A stretch of 63,226 bases of DNA, filler included, from Asterionella formosa (taxonomy: Eukaryota): assembly GCA_002256025.1 (NCBI GenBank). It is 8 parts of 8 records of this genome, joined end to end, with 100 filler letters (N's around TTAATTAATTAA, not from the genome) between each part and the next. Parts side by side here need not be neighbours in the genome. Positions count along the whole stretch, not along the records: positions 1 to 18,910 come from NKIB01003906.1; 7 more parts are not named here. One strand, 5' to 3'. Below are positions 1 through 13,043 of the stretch, piece after piece (position 1 is the first letter of the stretch; every line of letters begins with the position of its first letter). The position numbers and the translations under genes are program-made. The notes under the pieces were generated by a model that saw only the letters and a program-made list of their open reading frames with translations, ran no database searches and was not told the DNA's origin.

Positions 1-887
1 TGTGTATCACCAACGGTTTTTTTGGTCTGATCACCGGTGTATCATGGGTGTATCACTGATACAGTTTTTGGACCCCTGACCAATGCTGTATCACTGATCA
101 AGCCGTTGATCACTGTGTATCACGTCCGTTGCCACTGATAAAATAACTGTAGACATGCCAGCGCCAACTATATAATCTATTTTGTGGATGGGAAAATCAA
201 CATCTGCAACACAGCGCAACTTGAAAACGCCACTGGTGCAATCGATTGATCTAATGGCGTCTATAACACAAAGACTAACCTAACACCACTTTTTGCAAGC
301 ACTTTTGTCATATAATAGTATTATTGTAGTCGTATTAGCCGTAACAAATCAATAGTTCTGTTTGCAATCATATAAAATGACGAATGTTCCTCTTCTACAT
401 TGTTGATTCGCAATTTCTTATGCAATTTTAAAGATATATCTATATTTCCTTTTCTATTGCATCGTTCGTACAATGATATCTTAGACCGCAAAAGCGCAGC
501 GACTCCTTTGCCATTTTGATGGAGAAATAGCTGATTATCGACATGGTCAATGTGTTGACGAGTCTCTCAATACCTGGTACCAGGGGCTAGTAGCATGTAC
601 CGCACAGGCTCCGTAAGATGATATGATATTTGTTTTTTATTCCGGTTGTTATTTTTATTTAAGCTACGCATATGCATATTACTGCTCATATATATCTAGA
701 TGCTCGTAGCTGGCCTGTCACCGTTGACAATCCTTGTTACTCCATGATACACTGTGATCACAAATTAGTGATACAGTGACACTTTTGGAATGAATGAAAT
801 TCAGTTCAAATCGAGTTACCGTTGCTGATACATTTTCAAAAAAATTCAAATTCCGTGATACACGGAAAAAAATGATAAGAACGGCCC
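1..887. mobile_element. Probable non-autonomous TIR element (PIF/Harbinger-like), left end not in window
   Basis: TGTATCAC motifs cluster at 1-122 and their reverse complement (TGATACA) at 745-862. The segment ends AACGGCCC followed by TAA (888-890), similar to the end of the TAA-flanked MITE at 12973. Confidence 0.4.
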
Positions 888-1205
888 TAAGATACCAGTA
901 CGATAGTTGACAATTGCCCATTCACACATGATACTTACGTAATTTGCATCGAAGTGCATAAACACAGATTCCATCAAGACATCTACTACATATGTAAAAT
1001 TCCACGAGAAAACAGCTACCAGAAAAAAAGGCCGTTCGTCCGATATTTCCCTCAAATGATCAAACTTCACTCCAAGTTCAACATAGTAGTACTAGATATA
1101 CCGTGTTAAATTATAAAATGGGAATGAACGGAAGTTCAGACTTCGGCTGAAAAACCGGCCTACTGTCCGAACATTTCTACGAAAATCAGCGTAAGTGTCC
1201 GGTAG

Positions 1206-1697
1206 ATGTCTGATGATGAGCCACGGCAATCATAGAACCTGTCTACCGTATTTAAATATCAAGATTTTGGATGAATTCCTAAAAGCAACGGTTTCGAAGG
1301 ACAGGATGTATTCTCTGAGGAGTGTGTCGTTGCTAAACGACCAGATGGCAACTGGAAAGGTTAATAATCCAAGTCCTGCCTCCTACGGCTTGGCACGCTT
1401 TGGGTATGGTCACTTTGGTGCTTTTTCCATCCTAGGGTACCCTGGTACCTGGTACGACATCAACGTTTTCACGAGAGTGCAATTTCAAAGACTTTGCTTA
1501 TATTACCGTTAGCGGTATCTGCTATGTACTTGCTCGTGGCGACCTAATGCACAAATAGACCATGGTACACAACGTATACAGTTACCAGCTACCAGTATAT
1601 CGGTAGATTAGTCGTGTCTCGCGTAAGGTTCAGACGTCAAGGCGATGATTGTTGCACACGTACGCTATATCTACACTTGACATCATCGTGACCACAA
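1206..1697 (+). repeat. Dispersed ~490-bp cassette, copy A (upstream of HSF gene)
   Basis: Colinear with 13438-13919. Shared blocks include GATGAGCCACGGCAATCATAGAA, GACCAGATGGCAACTGGAA and CCTACGGCTTGGCACGCTTTGGG. Confidence 0.9.
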
Positions 1698-1899
1698 CAA
1701 GGCTTGCACACCGCAGCTGTACATATGATATGATACCGTATTACCTAGGTCAAATCTTGGGCACATCAATACACATAACGGTACGCAATATTGCGACCAA
1801 TTTTTCAGCTAATTGATACTGTGTCGCCATCGCCTGAAGTGCTTCATAGCGATCGTCTTCTGCTCAACAGAGTGCACAACTCGAAAAGTCGTCACAATC

Positions 1900-3237
1900 A
1901 TGAACAAGCAAAAGCTCTTCAATCAGGATCAACTGCTACAACAAGATCGTGATGCGAATAAGGAGCATGTTGCTAATATGGAAAGTAACAATAATGTGTT
2001 TTCTGACACGAATAATAATGATTCTTCTACAACTCAGGATAGCAGTGGACTCATTTCTCACTATGACAATGGTGCGGATCAATTGGGGGAGAATGCTGCA
2101 AATGATGGCAACGATCCATCGACTGCATTCAACAACAAAACTTTTCCTGAAATTGTATGTATTGGTTTGTTGTTGGTCGTATGATTCTTTTTATTCACTT
2201 CCTTTTTGGATCATACCCTTACATGCTCTGCAATTTTTCTTCCCATCTACATACATACATGCATACATACATATTCTTTTATCTACACAGCTTGCAGAGA
2301 TACTATCCACGCCTAGGAATCAAAGGTCCATTGCATGGTTACCACATGGCAAATCATTCATGATTTTGGATCGACAGCTGTTTGTCACAGATATTTTGCC
2401 CAATTATTTGGGCAAATCTACTAAGTATACATCATTTACTCGAAAGCTAAGCCGATGGAAATTTCAACGCATTCAAGATGGACCAGAAGAAGGGGCATGG
2501 ATTCATGAGGTACGAACAGCAATGCAGTAGATGCAGTATGATTTCGGTTGTTGTCACCTGTATGTCATGGTCACATGCAAAGCACCATGACGAATCTAAT
2601 ATTCATTTTTTATTATCTTTCCTGAACTCAAAAGAACTTTGTAAGAGAGGAACTATCAGGTATGATACAAATGAAGTGTGCAAAGCGAAAGAAACCAATG
2701 AAACGAGAAATGGATTATCCTAGGTCTATGCCGTTGAAGAAGCGTCCTATTGATCCTAGTTTGTTTTCATCCAAGTCAAAGGCTAGTCGTGTGGGACATA
2801 TGGAAAATCAACGAAGGACACAGCAACAGCAACATAGCATGCCAATACCATGCCATCTACAACCACAATTGCAGCAATCACAAACAACCAGAACCGTACC
2901 ACCAGGAGTACAGACTGTAGTTTCCGATCCGACGACGGATTCAATAGTCTCTGCAGCTGTCAAGGTTTTGCTACAATCCAATCAAACAGACGCCACGCAA
3001 CCACCATCACATCACCAACAACAATGTCGTCAGAGACCACTTGGGGTTCCCAACTTAAATGGAACATCTTCGAATCCAATTGATCTGTTACAAGCCCTAC
3101 AAGCTGCTAGAGCAATTCCAAGAAATCATAACTCTAGTGATACCATGGCAGCACTACGAATCCAGCATTATATTCAGCAGCTGCAGCAGCGGCAACAACA
3201 GAAACAACAACAACAACCGAGCCATCGAAGTAATTAA
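1900..3237 (+). CDS. Heat-shock-factor (HSF-type DNA-binding domain) transcription factor, 3 exons
   Basis: Exons 1900-2154, 2291-2509 and 2635-3237 with GT-AG introns. Splicing yields TFPEILAEIL...IAWLPHGKSFMI...YTSFTRKLSRWKFQR...WIHENFVR (HSF DNA-binding domain), then a basic motif (PLKKRP) and a Gln-rich tail. Confidence 0.9.
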
Positions 3238-3318
3238 GAACAAAGATTGTTGTTGCAAGTTCAAGTTATATTTAAATAAAAGGATTTTACCGGTGCAATT
3301 ATAGAACATTATTGTTCT

Positions 3319-4013
3319 TTATTTTATTAGATTGCTAAAACTTCGATTTCCTCTGGTAAACGTGGGTATATGATGACTTCGACAGGTATTCCCATCCATG
3401 TTCCGCCAATAGCAGCTAAATACTTCCAAGAGCTGTATGTAATCCATTGTAATCTTTGTTGCATGATGCAAGGCAATGGAAATGGAAAGTAACGGGTTTA
3501 ATAAAGAAGGAAACTGAGCAATTTTTAGGATGAACCTGGAGCGATCACACGAGGAGTGAAAAAAAGACGAGGTGTCCTCATAACTCACGTCCTCATCCGT
3601 CAGATCACATATTCAAAGCTTCAAAGCTCCTTCTAGTCTGAGCAATCAAATGCGGGGCCACTTTTTCCAACCCCCACAGTACTTGTGGGTCTTGGTGCAT
3701 CCCTAGATTCTTGCAGATTGCATGGACAATTTCAATATCATTTTTCTTTGCCTGACTCGGGTGCCGACAGAAAGAAAAAGGAAAATACATGCGGTGTTGG
3801 CTTCACTTCCTTGACAATGCGTCGAAACATGTTTGTAGAAATATAAGATACTCTACCTCGGGTCTCCATGTCATTGGGTTTTCGATTGGAAAAAGCACAG
3901 GCTGCCATAATTTCGTTCATGGTACGAACTGTGGGTTCAAAGGTGGTGATATATTTACAGACTTGCTGCATTCTCAACCCAAATGCACGAAACACAGAGG
4001 AAGGGGTAGACAA
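3319..4013 (-). pseudogene. Frameshifted ORF remnant of unknown family
   Basis: Three abutting or overlapping minus-strand ORF pieces (3738-4013, 3605-3790, 3319-3588) read like one broken protein. No recognisable motif. Confidence 0.3.
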
Positions 4014-4979
4014 GGATTTTTAAGTATTGAAAGCATTATGATCATTCCTAGTCAAGCAAGGAAATGGAAACGAAAACAAGAAGAAATGCCTTGTCAGGTA
4101 AAGAGGCAATCAAACTAGGTGAAGGGTTGATACATACTTGGGGACAAGACAAATTCTAAACTCTAAATCCAACTTTCAACTGTAATTCATGTTGCTTTTC
4201 GGGCTACCATTTTATCACATCTTGCAATGAAGAAAGCTACTCTAAATGAGAGCATACAAATGTGTGGTAGGAGACTGATTTTATATCATGGTTTGCAGCA
4301 CTTATTATTTCTCACAAGATCCATATTGATTCCATTCAACTTGTTCACTGTCTCCTACCAACAGAAAAACAAGATCCACAAATTTGCAAGAAATTGAGTG
4401 ACAATGTAACAAAGGTTGTGAGTGTTTTCATCATCTTGATCACTTAGCTAGCAGAGATGGAGGCGGGAAATCTTGACTCCAATGATAGCACAAAAGTTTA
4501 TGATGGACTCAATCTAGTCAGTAACAACTCAAACCTGTAAATAAACAATATTATCTAGGTGATGACAAACGTGAGATATACTCAATGAGTCATTATAAAT
4601 AGCATCGCTATTATCGCACATGCCTCTGTGTGATGGCAATCAGCAATCTGCCATTGTGTGGTAGGGACAAAAGCCACTGCTGACTGGCAGGAGGGTTCCT
4701 GACCACTGAAATTTCCTGGGCAGATCTATTCTCATTAGGATCGGCATGTGGCATGGTACCCCAACCGGATGAATGAGTATTATGAGCCCATGCATTTCAC
4801 ATACAAGTCAGTGGAACAGGCACAGGGTTAGCAGTGTCAGTATGGTAGCTTTCCATAGGATTGCTTGCAGTGAAGGAGGGGACAAGAGAGATCGACAAGG
4901 TCGACGAACAAGGAGACGAGGGAGGAGGGGAGTCTGATAACTAACCTGACAAGCTCAAAAGTAGATTGGAAGGTGTGTT

Positions 4980-5105
4980 TGTTAAAAGAGTGATTAGATT
5001 AAGATGATATAGAAGAACGATAATTTAAGTAAGATGCATAGGTACTGGCAGACAAACAGACACAGACATATATTGACACATCATGTAATGAGGTGATTCA
5101 TAACA
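4980..5105 (-). mobile_element. Putative 3' LTR of Ty1/Copia element (126 bp, TGTTA...TAACA)
   Basis: Directly follows a polypurine tract on the minus strand (C-run at 5106-5123 on +) just downstream of the RNase H stop, and has 5-bp inverted termini. The outer boundary is inferred because no second copy is present. Confidence 0.6.
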
Positions 5106-5166
5106 TCCCCCCCCCCTCCCCCCATCTCGTAACAAAATGAGATAAAATGAGTAGAATCAATAATTG

Positions 5167-8100
5167 TCAAAGAACTGATTTGGCAGGGCGTGCAAGTGTG
5201 GCGACCGCATGATGACCTGCATCGATACATTGATATCCCATCATAGTCATGCGATGAGCACGTAGAGTAGAATATGGGAGTGCCTTGGTAAAATGGTCGG
5301 CTAAATTGTGAGCAGACAAAACCTGGGTAAAATGGACTCTGCCATGACGGACATTTTCTTGCAAATCCTGTGTTTTTGTAGCAATATGAAGGACATTTCG
5401 TGTTAATTTACCCGCATGCGCAATGATTTGTGCAGCAGAATTGTCTTCTCCTACGGAGATTGCATCATGATAAGGAATTGACATATCTTCCATATAAATG
5501 CGTAGCCACACCATATAAATGCGTAGCCACAAAATATGTTTAGATAAGGTGGTGGCTGCATCAAGTTCTGCTTCAGTAGTATTGTATGCTGTTGTACTTT
5601 GTTTGCGGCACAATGTAATGACTGCAGTATCATTAATCATAATGACACCACCAGAATATGCTAACCGGTCAAATATGGCACCTCCAAAGTTAGCATCCGC
5701 ATAGCCTTTGGTGGTAGGTGCTATTCCAAGAAGATGTTTGCTGCTATCAGAAAATTTTTTCTGTTCTTGAAGCGTGGAGGATAATGAGGCAGATACTGAT
5801 GAAGTGGAGATCAGACTAGTCATAATACGGGGCATATGCCAGAAAGTTTGATCTTTGTCGAATTGGTGAGCTTCAACGCTGATGACTGTAGGTTCACCCA
5901 ACCACGGAGCAGCTGGACTGATATGTGAAACCGAAACCGTGGAACCTTTAGATACATTTCTGTTGAATGCCAGTGGAATATCCGGATATTGACGCAGGTA
6001 TTTTGCAATTTGTAGTAGCACATCAAAATGTGATGATCAAGGAGCATTTTGATATTGAGCAAGCCTTTGTACAGCTGTTTGTATATCAAGTCTGGTCCAT
6101 TGGCATAGATGTGGTTGAAATTTCCCCCACAACGTCCTATATTCAAAACCATAAAGTTGAATCGCTTTATGAAGTTCACTTGAAGAATATGATATACAAC
6201 TAGCAAGTGCTTCTTCATGTTGTACGCCACTGAGCATAGAAATCATGTTGGTTCTCGAGATAATTTGTTTATCCCAGGACAAACCATAAATATATTGAAG
6301 AACTTCATGAACCAAATGAGTTTGGTCAATTGTCATACAATTGGAACTAAACAGGAATCTGAGACCAAAAAATGAGAGACTTGCCCCATATTGTGTATCT
6401 TCCAGTGAGATTCAAGAGTATTAACAATATGGTTGTATGTATCCAGTGACAAAGTTCCTACCAAATATCATCAGTGGCTCTGGCTAAGATGACATGACAT
6501 TGATCGACATGGTGAGTATCGTGGGAGCAAAAGATTCAGTATAATCCACTCCTTTAATTTGGTAGCTGCCATTCACACATAGCCGGACTTTGCGATCATA
6601 TATCTGTTATATCTGTTTGGCTGAATTCACCACATGTTTGAGAACCAAAATAGCCGGAAGCAGAGTTGCATCATGGGGTGGAAGGCCCGGAGCGCCAAAG
6701 GTCCCAATGCTATGACAGTTATCTAGATGATGAAAGAGGGCCGCGGTCCATTCTCCTCGAAATAGTCCTTTCATCGCTTCATGAAATGATCATGGACAGA
6801 GTGTATTGGGATGAGAAGTGATGGAAGAGACAGTAAATCCTGAGCGAAGCATACTGAAATCCACTGCACCGAAGGAAAATGTATCTTTCCAGTCATGGTT
6901 TGTGCGTGCTTTCTTCACCGACAGTAGAGTGAGGTTGGTGAGCATACCAGGAACGAATCGTGGATCACGAGGATCACTTAAAGAAAGACGCCCATGTGTA
7001 GCAAGGACATGTTTGTGGAACACTTCATGAGGGGTGCGACCATTATGGGCAGCACTAGGCCGAACATTAAGAAGAAAAGTGGCATATGTGACAGCAAAAC
7101 ACCATAGTGAGGGATCCATTTGTGTTCCATATAAGAGACATTGAGCCGTGAGTCCAATAAGTTTAATGGAGACCTCAGCTTTTCCGTTTTGTGAGGATGA
7201 GTATGCGCTAGTGGGATCCACCAAGATGTGCAGCAGAGACAACTCGGTCTTGAGCGTTTGGTTAGCAAATAATTCCCCATCCATAAGGATACGGCGCACA
7301 GGGTTGCCAGTACGGATCTGCAAGTGCTGGATGATCCAAAGGATGAGTTTCACTGGTGTAGTGCGAGATTGACAACAAAATGTCCAACAATAATCCAAAA
7401 TCCATATGGATTAGACTTCCAAGAACCTTGAAAGGAGATTCAGCAGTGTGACCTCTGGATAAGGAGGGTAGTTTTTCCTTGAGACAGATTGGACAGGAGA
7501 ATGTGTCTGGTATAGGGACATTCAAAGGGAGACCCATAACGCTTGTTCCATTGAGCAATAATTCCATAGCACGCCGGCCTGGACAGCCCATTCGAAGATG
7601 AATGAGATGATAAAGTCCTGATGGTTTCATGGTTTTGATAAGGTCAATAGCAGAGGTGGTAATCCTTCAAGATGGTTTGTGTAAAAGGACAATGATGTAG
7701 TCTGCATCATCAAAGGTCAATAACTTGAAAGAATATTCTTTCCCGTTGGGAAGTTTTAACCATAACAGGTTACCTGTGCGACGAAGTCGATGATCAGCCT
7801 CATAGCCTAGGCGTTTGAGAGCATGAATACTGAGGGAGCGACGCCAATAGTGTGGCATTTACACATTGTTGGGAAGTGATACCTCCAGTTCAACAGTTCT
7901 ATCTGAGGAAATGAAACATGGATAAGTGTGCCCATGTATCCAACTTTATCAGCATCACCAAGTTTAGCAGTCTGGCATAGTACAGTGGAGCTCACAACAT
8001 TGTGTAATTCATTGCTCATGCAAGTCACATTTCCATTTGCTCCAGTGTCCACATGCATCAAAGTTTCACCCTTGTGGAGGTTCGCAGCAAATTCCAGAAC

Positions 8101-9386
8101 AGTGGTGGATGAGGAAGTGGAGGAGTGCGGTAGAGAGGAAGAGACATGTGTAAGAATGTCAGTGGGATCAGAGTTTATCAGAGCTAAGTCATCAACAACC
8201 TCGTGTGAATCACGAATATGAGTAACGAAAGCGACCATGCCTATGTGATAAACTGGGGAAGATGTGATAACCTGATCATTGTCAATATCACGAGGTCCAG
8301 GGGATCTAGGAGCGGGGACATCCCAGCTGTATTGATGAGAAAATGGTGCAATGTTATACATGCATGTTCTCGCTCGATGTTATATGTATATCATCTATGA
8401 CAGACTGAAGGTGTGTAGGCTCTGCATCTTTGTCCTCATGCATAGTGCAAATAGCCTGAACGGTAAGGAGTTGAGTATTTGCTGGAGGGGTGGTGCCTCG
8501 TGGACCAGAGCAACCAAGAGAAGCGCAAGGAGGTCGACCAGGGGTTGCATCAAACGCAGGGAGCCGAGCAATTTTAGCAGAATGTGCTTTGACAAGTAGT
8601 TCTTTCCGGTTGTCTGAGAGTCCATTGAGATGTCAACAATCGGGAGTTTTATGGTTACTACCAAAACAAATACAATAACAGAGAGGGTCATGTTTGACAC
8701 CACACCACCAAGGAAAGAGACATATCTGGTGAGGATTAGGAACTCTCGCGCGATTAATGGCTGAAATCATGATCGCATGAATGGTATTGTGGTCATGAGT
8801 AGTGGTATCAGGGTGGCCTTGAAGAGCACATTCCAAGGTGTGTGCAATGTCAATAGTAGAGACTGAAACCACATCAGCATGAACAGGTAGAGTGATCCCA
8901 TGTGTGGAATGATGGGTGCAAGGATTAGGTAAATGTTGGAAGAGTGATTTGAGTTTGTTGTATAGATTTTCCACTTGTAATCTCTTGGGAATATTGTTTG
9001 CCAGAAAGTGCTCTGAATACAGTTGGAGATCATTTGTTTTGATAACCCGGAGTGCAAATAATTATATCCGTCCGATATCGCAAAGTGTCTGAGAAATACC
9101 ACGTTGTCGCGAATACGCAACTCGAGCGCGAGTGTGTAGTTAAACTGAAAAGGAGTATTCTTGGGCCCTAACACAAGGAATTGATGGATCTCCGTGATTG
9201 TATAAGTGGCACCAAGAAGGGTCCAAAAACAAGTTGATGTAGGTCCACCTTGATCAGGCGGCGTAAGCGACAAACAAACCTGTCAGGGGTTCTGGATCTG
9301 TTGAACTGTGATGCTGAGAAAGGATCATAGGATTGTGTATATGTGGCGTTTTTGGTGTTGAGTTCTTGAATAAATGTGATCCACAC
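5167..9386 (-). mobile_element. Degenerate Ty1/Copia gag-pol (gag-PR-INT-RT-RNase H)
   Basis: Zn knuckle CICFGSNHKTPDC; protease HVDTGANGNV; GAG-pre-integrase HLRMGC...CPICLKEK; integrase IHMDF...DGE...SSSQNGKAE; RT RKVRLCVNGS..ESFAP and ATDD; RNase H YADANF...TTEAE...EDNSAA...NLADHFTKAL. Copia domain order, with many stops and frameshifts and an internal RT deletion. Confidence 0.92.
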
Positions 9387-9755
9387 TATTTACTTGATAT
9401 AATCAGTAAATGCAAGTATTAGTTAGATCAGTAGTAATGAACGTTAGATCGAAAGCTAAAAATTCTATTTGATATTAGCATTCCAAAGGGTGGATCGAAT
9501 CAATAACTGATGTGATCTCACGATTACTATCTTTAGATCGAACACCAAAACATTAGTTGATAATAAGAGTGAGAGTGCTGTATTGATCATAAGCATATCG
9601 TATGATCTATTGATTTGAAAGTAATTGAAATATATCTGATGAGTGTATACTAAATGTGCTTCGTTATTAATGTTACAACTGCAATCGATTAGATATTACG
9701 TAATATGCATGTGATCTATGCTAAGCATACGTAAGATCAATGCAACAATATTAAT

Positions 9756-9871
9756 CAATCAATCAGTTTTTATGTATGATCAATCAATATTTCTGAATGA
9801 TCAATCAGTATTTCTGTATGATCAATCAGTATTTCTGTATGATCAATCAGTTTTTTTTGTATGATCAATCA
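9756..9871 (+). repeat. Minisatellite, ~21-bp unit ATGATCAATCAGTATTTCTGT, ~5 copies
   Basis: Directly visible tandem units with no spacers, lying between the Gypsy gag and the Copia gag. Confidence 0.85.
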
Positions 9872-9949
9872 AAAAATGGTACGTCATACTGAGACTTTTT
9901 CGGGCAGTGGGTCTTACAGCAAAACTGTTAGGCCTAACGGTTTTTAATT

Positions 9950-10928
9950 TACAGACGCTTGAGTACGAGGATTCTTAAAACAATTGCCCCAAGTATGTGT
10001 ACCTTCAGGATGTACCGGGCAAGGGCCACAATAATCATGGTACATACGACTGGCTCAGGTGTAAAGCTTGATGACGAACAGTTGCTTGACGACCCCATGC
10101 GCGACCAGCCGGGTTGACAATGGCACGCGCTCTTCCAGAACCACTTGGAGTAAATTATCATTGTAAAATTGACGACTGACACGCTGGTTTTCTTGCTGCA
10201 CCACACGATTGCCTTCAGCAATATGAAGACGATTTTGTGTGATTGTTTGAAAACTGTTATTGGGAAGGTGCTTGTTTCGGTCCTTAAACGACTGTTGACT
10301 ATCGAAGCAAGTAGACGAGAACCGAGCGAATTGATTGATCAGAAGTCTTGGCATGATTCAATTCAAATTCTTGTTGCCACTCATCGGGCATCGAACAGAT
10401 GATAATAATCCGCATTCTTCTTTTGACAATCCGTTTTGATCTTCTGGATGAGGCATTAGTTGAAGTAGCCTGTTCAAAGCTTTAAGACGAGCTCCGAAGT
10501 CCATTACCAACATAGAAAAGGGTTTCGATAAGTAGTGTAGCATCCATTGTCATTGACGTTGAAAACTATCATATGGTAAACAATCACCTAACCATAAAAC
10601 CATCGCTTCATCAACACTATCGTAGGATTGATCTTCTGGATGTACTTCCACATTTAACCAATCCGATAAGGCAATGTCGGTCAAACACCTTTTAAAGTAG
10701 GAAAGGGTATCTGCAGGGCTAAAGGCACACGTGTTAGCCAAGTCACGAAATTGACTCACTCCAATCAAAAATGCTTCTCTCCACAGAGCTTCCATCAATC
10801 ATATCTTAATCAAACGATTCAAACCTTCCACTGGTTAAAGCAACTCTGAATGTTTTAGTCTTGATACTAGTCAATACATTGTAATCTTTGATCAAAGGAA
10901 TGACAGGAACCCTTGAAAACATTGCCAT
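9950..10928 (-). mobile_element. Degenerate Ty3/Gypsy-type gag
   Basis: Frameshifted pieces YFKRCLTDIALSDW, KPFSMLVMDFGARLKALN, SMPDEWQQEF and a C-terminal knuckle CPVHPEGTHTWGNC. Starts just downstream of an LTR matching the Gypsy LTR at 43294-43490. Confidence 0.7.
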
Positions 10929-10947
10929 GTTTGTTTTGTTCTAACTG

Positions 10948-11053
10948 GACTCTTTTTGAAATCAAAGTGAAGTATCTAACTAGAAGTAGTAGTATTTGTT
11001 GAATATATGAGCTTATTAATTCATGCTTGTGTACAACTCGTTTCCTAAGTTGA
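10948..11053 (-). repeat. Partial duplicate of Gypsy LTR 3' half plus leader
   Basis: Near-identical to 11130-11235. Confidence 0.9.
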
Positions 11054-11149
11054 TGTTTATTATGTTGTTATCCTTCATCAATGGGACCACTGGAACTTGA
11101 GAGGACATCAACAATATTAATTCTAATTAGACTCTTTTTGAATTCAAAG

Positions 11150-11348
11150 TGAAGTATCTAACTAGAAGTCATAGTATTTGTTGAATATATGAGCTTATTA
11201 ATTCATGCTTGTGTACAACTCGTTTCCTAAGTTGACACCAAAGTATACAATAGGTGTTCGTCGAGTTCTCTCATTATTGAGTTCTGATATACTTGCTATA
11301 AGCAAATCTAACCCTATCTACATCTGTATTGATGCGCGGGATTGCTCA
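11150..11348 (-). mobile_element. Gypsy LTR (199 bp, TG...CA)
   Basis: Its reverse complement aligns end to end with 43294-43490, which follows a Gypsy integrase tail and PPT. Confidence 0.9.
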
Positions 11349-11355
11349 CAAAGTA

Positions 11356-13043
11356 CCACTTAAAAACTGTCAGCCAGCCACCGCTATGACAACTTTTGAA
11401 CTATAAGCCACCGCTAAATGGAGTAAACGCACGGTTTGAACTAAGTTTGGAAGATACGTTAATTATTATCATGAAGGAGTTGTTCAGATTAATATAGCGA
11501 GTTGTTACGTACGTACTTGTATTGTTGCATTGGTTAAGTTGTTAACTACTTATTACAGCACAAAGGTTGCTGTTGACACGAAATTGCGAAATATGGAAAT
11601 TGTCATGTTAACCCTATTGACTTGGCATCGTCTTTTTTACAAGTGCACATGTATATGGACAAAACATTTTCTTTCCATAGAATTAATCTTGTATAACTTA
11701 GTGTGTGTACGACGTCATTGTGCATTCGAATACACTATGCATCAAAAGAATTCGGTGATGATGCAAGCACAAAAAGCATACTGTATCGCGCAAAAAGGTA
11801 AAGTCATTCGAAAAGAATTTCTGTAGTATAAAACGGAGTAAAAATATTCACGATTTGGGCGAAAAATATACTCATGCATGTATAAAAAAGATGCACTGTA
11901 AGCCACCGCTATGCAGTAATCTTAATGATTTTGAAAAAATCAGATCTTCATGGCTTCATGCTTCATACATTCAATCAAAACTGATTACCAGTACTTATTT
12001 GTAGAATAGAGTGCATCATGTAACATACACTTCTTACTTGCATCAGGTTTCGATTGTAAGGCCATTGCTAACGGTGGACCAAAACGCCAACCAAACATTG
12101 TTTTGGTTTCGGCAACCCTAAAAAACGATGCTAGTATTGGGAGTGAAAAACCCAACACAAACGCATTACTCTGTGCCCATATATCCCAATAAATTACCCA
12201 AATGCATTACGTTCAGGTTTTTTCCAAAGTTACCTAAACGTACTAGGATTCCATTTTGACTACTTTGAATTAGAAACCCAATTATTATCGTCGTAGAATC
12301 ACTACTTATAGGATGCATCACATACCGCTATGTCATATGTATATACAAGCAAGAATAGCTATACAAGAACAACAACAACAACAAATCATCACTGATTTCA
12401 CCACAATCAACTATCGAGGATGAGATGTTGTTATGTTCTTGTTGTTGTTGTGTACCTGGTAATATGTACTCGGAGTATATATTTACGACACTACTGGTAT
12501 AGTATATATACATACCGGTGTGTAGTTGGATGACAAGACAGCAGCATCGCTCAAATTGCGGGAAAAACTAACTAATTCTCACATAGGAATCATAATATTT
12601 CATTTGTAAGAGTAGCCCAATGGAAATATTTTACTTTTTTATATTGGTTTTGTCATCCTACATTACAGTACTAGATGGGTGGTTGACAACATTTAGGATT
12701 TCCCAAAAACCGATAGCATCGTTTTTGTGTCAGTCTGACCAAAACCAAAACCTATCCAAATTTTTTTGTTAATATGGAATCCTATGTTTAGGTAACTTTT
12801 GAAAAAAACCCAAAACATAATGCATTTGGGTAATTTATTGGGATATGGGCACAGAATCCCCTAAACGTAATGCATTTGCGTTGGGTTTTTCACTCCTGAT
12901 AGCATCGTTTTTTAGGGTCGCCGAAACCAAAACACTGTTTGGTTGGCGTTTTGGTCCACCGTTAGCAACGGTCTAATATTTTACTTGATTATTTTTTGTC
13001 GGAAAATGGAGAAAAGTAACGGTGGCTTACAGTTTTTAAGTGG
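11356..13043. mobile_element. Non-autonomous TIR DNA element with subterminal repeats
   Basis: Termini CCACTTAAAAACTGT / ACAGTTTTTAAGTGG, flanked by TA (or by GTAC if one base shorter). AGCCACCGCTA recurs near 11375, 11405 and 11900. Confidence 0.75.
12060..12973. mobile_element. PIF/Harbinger (Tourist-like) MITE nested in the previous element
   Basis: About 200-bp imperfect inverted repeats (12060-12255 vs 12773-12973), with TAA on both sides (12057-12059, 12974-12976). Confidence 0.85.

Noticed and set aside
1213..1320. Box C/D snoRNA (RTGATGA...CTGA in both cassette copies)
   Set aside because: No terminal stem, no guide sequence I can match to rRNA, and similarity extends far beyond the boxes.
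9756..9871. CRISPR-like array
   Set aside because: Tandem units without unique spacers, no cas genes, eukaryotic TE context.
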